DNA from: an uncultured virus (IMG/VR IMGVR_UViG_3300008120_000036)
Taxonomy: Duplodnaviria > Heunggongvirae > Uroviricota > Caudoviricetes
IMG/VR virus record: IMGVR_UViG_3300008120_000036
DNA length: 64,000 bases
Strand: one strand, 5' to 3'
The notes beneath the pieces were generated by a model, which saw only the letters and a list, made by a program, of their open reading frames with translations, did no database searches and had not been told where the DNA came from. This document shows, one piece after another, positions 56,261-64,000 of the stretch (position 1 is the stretch's first letter; every line of letters begins with the position of its first letter). Both the position numbers and the translations under genes were made by a program.

Positions 56261-56872
56261 TTAATCGTGATGGATTCTATTACGAGATTCCCTACCATGC
56301 AGTGCCATCTCAAATTGTAGTTGCTCTTCTGTCAACCGCCTACTACCTAATTCAGATGCCCTACGAGCCATTTCCATAAATGTCCTTAGTTCACCTGTTC
56401 TGAATTTATAGTGTGCAGACCCTTTGGTAATAGTGCCTTCACGCTCTGCCTTCTGCAATAGCATAGTCATTTCTGAGGCTCTTGCAAAGTAGGCATCCGC
56501 TACTTCCATTAAAGTTAGATGACCAGCATCAATTGGAGGCTGGATACGCCCCATAAGTACATCTGTCATATCTTGAATTTCTTCAAGCATTACTGGGATA
56601 GACGGTACTCCTCTACCGATAGGTACTGCTCTTAGGAATCCTGTTGAGGATTGCTTATCATTTGTTGCACTTGAAGATATGACTGGGCTTGTACGCACAC
56701 GCCCTGATTCCCTGCGAACGGACATTGTTTCCACTCCTGACTGGTTCGTTTTTGGCATCCTTGTAACATTGATGGAAGAGTTTCTGTTTCCACCGCTTGA
56801 TTTAATCTTTGTAGTTCCTCTTCTTGCTGTTTTAACCTTTTTGGTTCTGGTGTCACTACCCATTCTGTCCAC
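56261..56872 (-). CDS. Hypothetical protein; N-terminus overlaps the Cas4-like gene
   Basis: AGGAG upstream of ATG 56872; helical C-terminal domain; start uncertain. Confidence 0.55.
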   Translation of the reverse strand: MDRMGSDTRTKKVKTARRGTTKIKSSGGNRNSSINVTRMPKTNQSGVETMSVRRESGRVRTSPVISSSATNDKQSSTGFLRAVPIGRGVPSIPVMLEEIQDMTDVLMGRIQPPIDAGHLTLMEVADAYFARASEMTMLLQKAEREGTITKGSAHYKFRTGELRTFMEMARRASELGSRRLTEEQLQFEMALHGRESRNRIHHD

Positions 56873-57465
56873 TCCTGATTGTCTTTGTTTTCATATACCA
56901 CTACGAATAAATCAAATCCACCGACTAGAAAATATCTGTGTATCTGATTAAGGTGTTCCTCTTTCAATCCATCTTCAATGGCTTTGCGATAGACGAAAGA
57001 ATTAGTTCCCTTTAATTCAAATCCAAATTCCAGACCACGCCAATCTGTACGAGGATGGTCTTCGGGTACTGTGCCAACACCATCCATAGTTCCACGACTG
57101 CGCTTTGCATCCCACTTTAGAGGTACTTCAATATCGTCAAGAATTTTTGCTTGTAATAAAGTTGCCTGCCAGCGTAAGTGCCTCCAAGTTCCATCATAGA
57201 AAATTTGTTGCAACTGTGGATTATTAACTGTTCCTGAATCAATTCCAATATAGTTAAAAATCTGCCTACGCTCACACATTCCTGCTGCGGATGACGAAAA
57301 TGAACCTGAACGCTTACGAGGTTTTTTCTTTAGTTCAGTGTGAATCATATCCGTAACTTTTTTATCTAAAATTAGATTAGGGTTTCTCATTAAGAATAAC
57401 TGTAATCTAGGAGTTATTACCAAGTCAGAATTTTTAACTGCACGCAATAATTTATTTAGGCTCAC
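56632..57465 (-). CDS. Cas4-like PD-(D/E)xK exonuclease
   Basis: SSAAGMCER, GT.RH, GTMDG, ELK, QIHRY, C-terminal C...CPF...C. Confidence 0.8.
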   Translation of the reverse strand: MSLNKLLRAVKNSDLVITPRLQLFLMRNPNLILDKKVTDMIHTELKKKPRKRSGSFSSSAAGMCERRQIFNYIGIDSGTVNNPQLQQIFYDGTWRHLRWQATLLQAKILDDIEVPLKWDAKRSRGTMDGVGTVPEDHPRTDWRGLEFGFELKGTNSFVYRKAIEDGLKEEHLNQIHRYFLVGGFDLFVVVYENKDNQEWTEWVVTPEPKRLKQQEEELQRLNQAVETETLPSMLQGCQKRTSQEWKQCPFAGNQGVCVQAQSYLQVQQMISNPQQDS

Positions 57466-57863
57466 TTAGGTCTTCTCCTTATGATGCATTCCACTGTTAA
57501 TTCAGGGAATTGAATTAATAAGACTGCATCTTTGCTTTGTTTAATCGCATTTACATATATGCCATTGAGGTAACTAGCATTCATAGTGAATGATTTATTG
57601 GCATCTTTCACTTCAACCACCGCATCCTCATTACTTCCATCAAATTTAATCTTGCCAGCACCACTGTTAGGGTGTTGCCTTATTCCGAGTCTTTTGAGGA
57701 TTTTCTTTTCACTTTTACGCCCTTTGATTTGAGGGGTGTCTGCTCTCCAAGGGAGTGCAATTCCATCACTCTGGTTTTCAGTGCTTCCATTAGTGTCGGG
57801 TCTTCCATCACTTTCTTCTTGAAATTCTCCCGACCCACTACTTTCGTGTCCTCGTATATCCAT
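57462..57863 (-). CDS. Hjc-like PD-(D/E)xK resolvase/nuclease
   Basis: GRKSEKK...PNSGA...FDG...VEVKD..KS. Confidence 0.7.
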   Translation of the reverse strand: MDIRGHESSGSGEFQEESDGRPDTNGSTENQSDGIALPWRADTPQIKGRKSEKKILKRLGIRQHPNSGAGKIKFDGSNEDAVVEVKDANKSFTMNASYLNGIYVNAIKQSKDAVLLIQFPELTVECIIRRRPK

Positions 57864-58753
57864 GATTTACCTTCCTGTGTGATGAAACCTTCTTCTAATC
57901 CCATAGCAATGAGGAATCCTGCTTCATCTAATCCACCAGTTGTAAAATCCCAAGTGAAATAAATATCGCGGAATGGCTTACTGAGTTTTGACTTCTCTAC
58001 TATTGCTTTGAATTTCTGTCCTACCTGTTCTTTGGATGCAACCCATTTTTCACCATCCCAAGATTGAGTATCGTTAGTTACTTTGCCAACTTTCTTCATG
58101 TTGATTCGGTATGAGGCGTAGTAAGGCATTGCTTTACCACCTGGAATTGCCTCTGGATTACCGAAAGTAATTCCCACATTTAATCTTGTTTGATTTATCC
58201 ACATCATTGCTGTGCGTGAATTTGCTGCTGTGAGTTTACGCATTGCTTGTGACATAAGGCTTGCTAATCTTGCAGGTTGCATTGATTCATCATGCATACG
58301 CTTATTGCGCTCTGCTTGCGGTAATGATGCTGCAATTGAATCAAATATGATGAGGTCGCAATTGCCACGAATTAATGCTTCTGCTGTATCCATAGCAAGT
58401 TCACCAGTTTCAGGATGCTGAACAATTAACTCATCAAGATTTACGCCAATTGATTTTGCCCATGATGGGTCAAATGAATGCTCCGTATCAATGATGGCGC
58501 ATACGCCACCCTTCTTTTGTGTATTAGCAATTGCACTTAAACCTACATAAGATTTTAGTGTTGAGTAATCACCATAGATTTCTATGAATCTTCCCCTAGG
58601 TAATCCACCTTGTAAAAGAATATCAATCGGTAAAACACCAGTCGGGAGATATTCCACTACTAGTGAATCATCACTAGCCAGTTTTAATACATCACCCTTT
58701 AGTAAAGAGTTGATTTCTGCCATTAGATTTTTTGCTACTGATGTTGCGCTCAC
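57680..58753 (-). CDS. recA: RecA-like recombinase
   Basis: [46 protein letters not shown]. Confidence 0.95.
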   Translation of the reverse strand: MSATSVAKNLMAEINSLLKGDVLKLASDDSLVVEYLPTGVLPIDILLQGGLPRGRFIEIYGDYSTLKSYVGLSAIANTQKKGGVCAIIDTEHSFDPSWAKSIGVNLDELIVQHPETGELAMDTAEALIRGNCDLIIFDSIAASLPQAERNKRMHDESMQPARLASLMSQAMRKLTAANSRTAMMWINQTRLNVGITFGNPEAIPGGKAMPYYASYRINMKKVGKVTNDTQSWDGEKWVASKEQVGQKFKAIVEKSKLSKPFRDIYFTWDFTTGGLDEAGFLIAMGLEEGFITQEGKSWIYEDTKVVGRENFKKKVMEDPTLMEALKTRVMELHSLGEQTPLKSKGVKVKRKSSKDSE

Positions 58754-59718
58754 TTGCTCTCCTTTGTTAGTGACTTTAATATTCTGCGCTTTGCAAGTTC
58801 TGTATATTCAGGATTTAATTCAATGCCTATAAATTTTCTGCCATGCCGTAACGCTACTACTCCAGTAGTTCCACTACCTGCGAATGGGTCTAATACTGTA
58901 TCGCCAACCTCAGAACCTGCAAGGATGCAGGGTTCAGCAACACCTTCAGGCATGACTGCAAAATGTGCTCCTTTGAATGGTTTAGTTGTAATACTCCAAA
59001 CTGAACGCTTGTTTTTCTTTTCATAAGATTTAGTTAGTCCAGTATGCGGTGATAGTCCAGTGCCTTTATTGTGATACTTACCGTTAGTTCTATCCCTAGT
59101 TCCCCAATCTTGTGCAGGCTCTTTTATTGCTTCATTGTCATAAAAATATCTATCATTCTTTGCAAGTAAAAAGATATATTCATGAGATTTAGTGCATCTA
59201 TCCCGAACAGATTCGGGCATTGGATTTGGCTTATGCCAAATTATGTCTTGTCGGAGATACCAACCATCTTGCTGTAATGCGAACGCTACTCGCCAAGGAA
59301 TACCAACCAAGTCTTTATGTTTAATATTAGCCTGCTTTAATATTGCAGGATTTCTATTAGATGCACTCGGTACTGCTGTTCCTTTATTTCCATTTCTTAA
59401 AGTATCGGGTACGGCTTTACTATCACGCATTGATGCATATGAATCGCCAAGATTTAACCAAACAGTTCCATCATCAGCAAGTACTCGTTTTATTTCACGA
59501 AATACTTCTACGATAGATGTTACATAGTCATCAGGAGATTGTTCTAAACCAATTTGTGTTTCAATACCATAATCCCTTAAACCCCAGTATGGAGGAGATG
59601 TAATGCAAGTTCTAATTGAACCTGCTGGCATTTGACTTAGTATTTTGCGACAGTCACCAGTATGTAAATTAAAATTTGAGTTGCGTTTTAATTTAACGGT
59701 GATTAGTCGTTTAGTCAT
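58750..59718 (-). CDS. DNA amino-methyltransferase (N4-C/N6-A, beta class)
   Basis: TSPPY catalytic motif precedes the SAM-binding [10 protein letters not shown]. Confidence 0.92.
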   Translation of the reverse strand: MTKRLITVKLKRNSNFNLHTGDCRKILSQMPAGSIRTCITSPPYWGLRDYGIETQIGLEQSPDDYVTSIVEVFREIKRVLADDGTVWLNLGDSYASMRDSKAVPDTLRNGNKGTAVPSASNRNPAILKQANIKHKDLVGIPWRVAFALQQDGWYLRQDIIWHKPNPMPESVRDRCTKSHEYIFLLAKNDRYFYDNEAIKEPAQDWGTRDRTNGKYHNKGTGLSPHTGLTKSYEKKNKRSVWSITTKPFKGAHFAVMPEGVAEPCILAGSEVGDTVLDPFAGSGTTGVVALRHGRKFIGIELNPEYTELAKRRILKSLTKESK

Positions 59719-59989
59719 TCTTAATAATACCTAGCCTTTTCGCTTCGTTGGGATTTGCATAAGCATTGCCAACACTGAAACCAAACAATAGTGCCTGTCT
59801 GAGTACCATGTCAAATAGTTCCAAATTGAGCATTTCTGCGACTGAATCACCCTGTGTAAATTGATGCACTTTGTCTGAGTATCGTATTGTGTGGTCTTGC
59901 GCCCACATAATCAATTCAATATCCCTAACCACTGGATGAGTTCCCGACAATACGGCTTTTGTAACATCTTCTAATTTAGCGATATCCAT
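59711..59989 (-). CDS. Hypothetical protein
   Basis: Tightly packed ORF in the operon. Confidence 0.55.
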   Translation of the reverse strand: MDIAKLEDVTKAVLSGTHPVVRDIELIMWAQDHTIRYSDKVHQFTQGDSVAEMLNLELFDMVLRQALLFGFSVGNAYANPNEAKRLGIIKND

Positions 59990-59993
59990 GTTG

Positions 59994-62687
59994 TTATTTA
60001 CTTTCTATTAGAGATTTGAATGCGCCAGCACCATCTAACTTTGCCAGCACACCATTGAGTTTTTTATCTTTTAGATATGTCTTTCCACCAGTAACAGCGC
60101 GTGGGTCACATTTTGTAATCAAGTCTGCAATGGAATCGTATGGAGCATTTGATGCAATTGAATCTGCTGCGGATACTCCAACACCCTTGATTGAAACTAG
60201 ACCACGCCTAATCGCTTTGTATTTACGGTCAAGTGTCCATGATGCTCCACTAATGTTTACATCAGGTGGCAATATGCGTATTCCCATTCTTCGGGCTTCT
60301 CTCACATATAACGCTTCCTTATCTGAACCAGCCCATGACTGCAATAACGCTGTCATAAACTCCAGTGGATAGTGTGCTTTCAAATATGCACACCGATATG
60401 AACGCAATCCATAACCAGTAGCATGAGCACGATTGAATCCGTATGAAACGAATCCTGCTGTTGAATCCCATGCTTTCTGAATATCTTTACTAGCAATACC
60501 AGCACTTAAACAGAGTTCACCAAATTCTTTACGAACTTTTAGTAAACGCTTTTCATTTGCATCAACTGCTCCTGCACCCGAAGATTTAACAATCTTGAAG
60601 AATATATTTACGCCATCAATACCCATTCCAAGACCTCTCATAATATTGATAACTTGTTCTTGGAATATAACTGCGCCATAAGTATCCTTCAACGCTTTTT
60701 CAAATGCATCATGGATATATTTCACTCTTGCACGCGCATCAGGATTTCTACGGCGTTCAAGATATAACTCAGTTTGTCCAGTGTTCATTGCACCTGGCAT
60801 AAAGAGTCCAGTTGCTAACACTGCATCCTTTGTTGTTTTAATTCCCATGCTTTTTCCACCTTTGGCTTTTGTATAACCTTCAAAATGGAATATGCCATTA
60901 TCAGTTCTGCCCTCTCTAAGAATCTTGCACGCTGCTGCATCATCTTCAGGAATCCAAGAAAAGTCTGTTGGGTTTTCTCTCCCAATCATGGCTTGGCAAT
61001 TACGCATTACTGTTAATGTTGTTTGACCTAAGATATCCAGTTTTAGATATCCCAACTTCTCCACATCATCCATATCAAATTGACTTACTTCAGTATTAGA
61101 AGATGCAACGAGCATTTTTGGTACATAGGATTCAATCTTTTGTTCACTGCCACTAATCAAGACACCACCAGCATGAACACCATATGAGCGCAATACACCA
61201 CCCATTTCTGCAATGCGAACTAATCCTTTGTAATCTTTTGGATTAAGTTTTTTCACATCCTCAATGGTTTGAATATTGGCATACATCTTGGCGCGTTCAT
61301 CTTTGTCGGTGACTTGCTTACTTAGATAAGACTTGTAAGAAACCATGACAGAGCCTTTACCATCTTCACGCGAACCTAACTTTGCCCATGTGCCGATACG
61401 AAGAGTGTCAAATGTTCTTTCAAGATATCCCACTAATCGTTCACGCGATATATCTTCAATATCCATATCAATATCAGGCGGTGTAACTCTGTCGCGTGAT
61501 AAGAAACGGTCAAATAACAATCCCCATCTAACAGGGTCAACCTGAGTAATACCTAGCAAGTAGCAGACTAGTGAACCATTCGCTGAACCACGCGCTTCAA
61601 TACATATCTGCTTTTCATTACACCACTGCACATAGTTATAGACGAGCATAAAATAGCCAGCCATTCCTAAGTCGCGGATGATATCTAATTCATATGAAAG
61701 GCGTTCTTCATATTGATTACGATTACGAACTTGCATATCGGCGAGCGCATCAAGACATAACTGCTCAACTTCTTTTTGTGGATTCTTTACCAATGCAGGA
61801 ATTTGAGCCTTGTACTTATCTAATGCAGGTATGGATAACTTATTTAGATTTAATAAATGTAATGCGCCTTCTTCTGCACGATTCCATACTGCATCTTCAT
61901 AATGGTCTGCAACCCACTCAGTTGTCGCAACATGAAATGAATCTCCTGGAAATTCATCCTCTGCACCACCATAAACCATACGCTTCATCAATGCATGAGC
62001 GTGTTTATCTGATTCATGTAAGTAATGGCTATCTTGCGTAACCATAATCGGCAGACCTGTTGTATCCGCAATTGATACTAGAGCATTCACAATGTCATCA
62101 TCAGTTTGTGGATGCGCTTCATTATCTTGGTCATGACATATTGAGTGATTCTGTATTTCTACGAATGTGTGTGGAAACCATTTGGCATACATCTTTACGA
62201 GATTTTCTGCCTTCTTGATTCCATCAGTAACTAAACCTTGTTGCACTAGACCGAAATAGCAACCAGTAAGGAGTGCTATGTCATCACCTGCCAAATCAGA
62301 TAATTCTGCTAAGTCAGTTAATTGCAACCTAGGGAATCGGTTAAACCTCGGTCTAGTGTGGCTTGTACTTACGGCTTTAATCAACGCTTGATATCCATTG
62401 AAGTTAAGAGCGTGTAATCCAACATGGTAACGCTTTGCATTCTTATCTTCTAGATTTGCGCGTGGGTCAAGAATGTATGCCTCCACACCAGTAAACGGAA
62501 CTATCCCATGCTTCTTTGCATTTAGATATAACTGCACTGCACTTGCCATATTGCCATGTTCAGTTAATCCGAGTGCTGGCTGTCCTTCCTTGGCAACTTT
62601 TTCAACCATATCTGCAACAGGTGACATTCCATCTAGCACTGAGAATGCTGAGTGTGTATGTGCTGACCACCAATTTGATTTCTTCAT
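59994..62687 (-). CDS. dnaE: DNA polymerase III alpha subunit (family C), short form
   Basis: HTHSAFSVLDG (PHP), RGSANGSL, PDIDMD, HAGG, KLDILG, FQEQ, YGFNRAHA, YLKAHYP. Confidence 0.95.
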   Translation of the reverse strand: MKKSNWWSAHTHSAFSVLDGMSPVADMVEKVAKEGQPALGLTEHGNMASAVQLYLNAKKHGIVPFTGVEAYILDPRANLEDKNAKRYHVGLHALNFNGYQALIKAVSTSHTRPRFNRFPRLQLTDLAELSDLAGDDIALLTGCYFGLVQQGLVTDGIKKAENLVKMYAKWFPHTFVEIQNHSICHDQDNEAHPQTDDDIVNALVSIADTTGLPIMVTQDSHYLHESDKHAHALMKRMVYGGAEDEFPGDSFHVATTEWVADHYEDAVWNRAEEGALHLLNLNKLSIPALDKYKAQIPALVKNPQKEVEQLCLDALADMQVRNRNQYEERLSYELDIIRDLGMAGYFMLVYNYVQWCNEKQICIEARGSANGSLVCYLLGITQVDPVRWGLLFDRFLSRDRVTPPDIDMDIEDISRERLVGYLERTFDTLRIGTWAKLGSREDGKGSVMVSYKSYLSKQVTDKDERAKMYANIQTIEDVKKLNPKDYKGLVRIAEMGGVLRSYGVHAGGVLISGSEQKIESYVPKMLVASSNTEVSQFDMDDVEKLGYLKLDILGQTTLTVMRNCQAMIGRENPTDFSWIPEDDAAACKILREGRTDNGIFHFEGYTKAKGGKSMGIKTTKDAVLATGLFMPGAMNTGQTELYLERRRNPDARARVKYIHDAFEKALKDTYGAVIFQEQVINIMRGLGMGIDGVNIFFKIVKSSGAGAVDANEKRLLKVRKEFGELCLSAGIASKDIQKAWDSTAGFVSYGFNRAHATGYGLRSYRCAYLKAHYPLEFMTALLQSWAGSDKEALYVREARRMGIRILPPDVNISGASWTLDRKYKAIRRGLVSIKGVGVSAADSIASNAPYDSIADLITKCDPRAVTGGKTYLKDKKLNGVLAKLDGAGAFKSLIESK

Positions 62688-63124
62688 TTCACCACCTCAT
62701 CTTCTTCATAAGGTCTTTGTACTGCACCAACATAATCGGCAACACTATCAACCTTCCTACCTTCTTTCCAAGTAAATGGAGTGCTCTGTCCTTCAGGCAA
62801 TATCCATAAGTGATATTGATTAGCACCATCAACTAGTGAACTTTCAGGAGGAAAGATTTCTAAACCTTCTCTTTCCGCACCTGCTAATTCATTTTTGATT
62901 CTTTGAAAGTGTCGCCAATCTCTAATTGCTTTCCTGTCATTACGGCGAATTGATAACCATAATGCGCCAGTGAGTCCAACATCAGGTTGCAGTACTTTGA
63001 GTAACACATGAAACAATCCATTTGCATAAAGTGTTTCATTTTCATCAAGTGGCTGTTCTTCACCAGTTACGGAGTTGAACGCCTCTTTTGTTTCAGTCCA
63101 CTTTGTCCATTGTGGGTTTGGCAT
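62684..63124 (-). CDS. Conserved phage hypothetical protein
   Basis: LSIRR.D...DWRHFQRIKNEL.G.E.EG.EIFP.ES.LVD.AN.YHLW. Confidence 0.7.
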   Translation of the reverse strand: MPNPQWTKWTETKEAFNSVTGEEQPLDENETLYANGLFHVLLKVLQPDVGLTGALWLSIRRNDRKAIRDWRHFQRIKNELAGAEREGLEIFPPESSLVDGANQYHLWILPEGQSTPFTWKEGRKVDSVADYVGAVQRPYEEDEVVK

Positions 63125-63150
63125 ATATAACCTCCTTGGTTATTTGTTGA

Positions 63151-63990
63151 TTATGGTTTTGTATATGAAACGGTGCATCCAAGATTCCTGCTTGTCTGCG
63201 TTCCTCCGTTATATGTGTATTCAGTTCTGCATAATGCATCACCCGAAATACTTTCAACAACATAGTTCCAACTCTTACCGCCGACACATCCTGCATCAGC
63301 ATCACCTACACCACCTGCAACTACTCCACCATCTGTAGGACAAGCACTACCTCTTGCACTTGGTGCTGTTATCTGTGGCGCAATAACTTGTGGCACAAAA
63401 ACAGGCTCAGGTGTCGGTGTTGGAGTAGGTGTCGGTGTAGGCGTTGGGGTCGGTTCAGGGGTCGGGGTACTGGTCGGGGCAGGGGTTGGGCTAGATTCAG
63501 CCTGCCCATTTAAGGGGCTGGNNNNNNNNNNNNNNNNNNNNNNNNNNNNNNNNNNNNNNNNNNNNNNNNNNNNNNNNNNNNNNNNNNNNNNNNNNNNNNN
63601 NNNNNNNGGGCTATTAGACGGACTTTCAGGGGTGGGGGTAGGTGTAGGGGTGGGGTCAAGCGTGGGGCTAGGGGTCGCTGTAGGGGTAGGGGTAGGGGTC
63701 GGTTCAGTCTGAGTACTTGCAGTTGAAGTATCTGATTCAGTCACGCTAGTTGAAGTATCACTCAGTGATGCTGTCACTGTACTTGTATCTGATGTTGTGA
63801 GTAGCGTTGAAGTTTGACTTTCAAATATCAATACGCGGTCTTCAACAAATGGTTCTTCCTCTAACATTGTTTCTTCAACTGGAATTGGTTCACCAAAAAT
63901 ATCTGTGTCAGCAAATATTCCTGTTGAGTACATGATGATTGATTGTGCTGGTGTTGGCGCGATAAATAAAAGTACTACAAACGCTAACAC
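63151..63990 (-). CDS. Secreted/membrane protein with Pro-Thr linker (spans an assembly gap; true start may lie outside the window)
   Basis: Hydrophobic N-terminus, (PT)n repeats, Cys-containing C-terminal domain; Ns at 63522-63607. Confidence 0.55.
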   Translation of the reverse strand: MLAFVVLLFIAPTPAQSIIMYSTGIFADTDIFGEPIPVEETMLEEEPFVEDRVLIFESQTSTLLTTSDTSTVTASLSDTSTSVTESDTSTASTQTEPTPTPTPTATPSPTLDPTPTPTPTPESPSNSXXXXXXXXXXXXXXXXXXXXXXXXXXXXXXSPLNGQAESSPTPAPTSTPTPEPTPTPTPTPTPTPTPEPVFVPQVIAPQITAPSARGSACPTDGGVVAGGVGDADAGCVGGKSWNYVVESISGDALCRTEYTYNGGTQTSRNLGCTVSYTKP

Positions 63991-64000
63991 GAATTTAACT

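Noticed and set aside
56632..57465. Cas4-like gene as evidence of a CRISPR-Cas system
   Set aside because: No repeat-spacer array or other cas genes seen; solo Cas4-like nucleases are common in phage recombination modules

Overview
The window is part of a tailed dsDNA phage genome (Caudoviricetes, HK97-fold capsid, contractile 'myovirus' tail). WhiB, a DUF3109-like gene, DnaE and the low GC suggest a low-GC freshwater actinobacterial host (inference). Layout: an ORF-poor region at 142-1490 with a clean sigma70-type promoter driving a ~780-nt helix-dense minus-strand transcript, plus an origin-like region (G-tracts, inverted repeat enclosing a DnaA box, AT-rich tract). A short plus-strand operon follows (DNA-binding protein, DnaB, primase). 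The rest is a long minus-strand block: DnaE, DNA MTase, RecA, nucleases, ParB-DUF4417, WhiB, probable TerS, fibres, TerL, portal-MuF, effector-like head proteins, prohead protease, capsid, neck, sheath, tube, frameshifted chaperone, tape measure, baseplate, duplicated Gly-rich fibre cassettes, endolysin. Best candidates for novelty: (1) the large structured ncRNA; (2) modular head 'cargo' proteins that share an N-terminal LE[GR]K helix and an RRV[RK]TP[ED]G..[DG]QPIG motif and carry ADP-ribosyltransferase or zincin domains, two with coupled small partner genes; (3) a ParB-DUF4417 / basic peptide / DUF3109 / JAB cluster. All family calls come from reading motifs by eye; no searches or folding programs were run.
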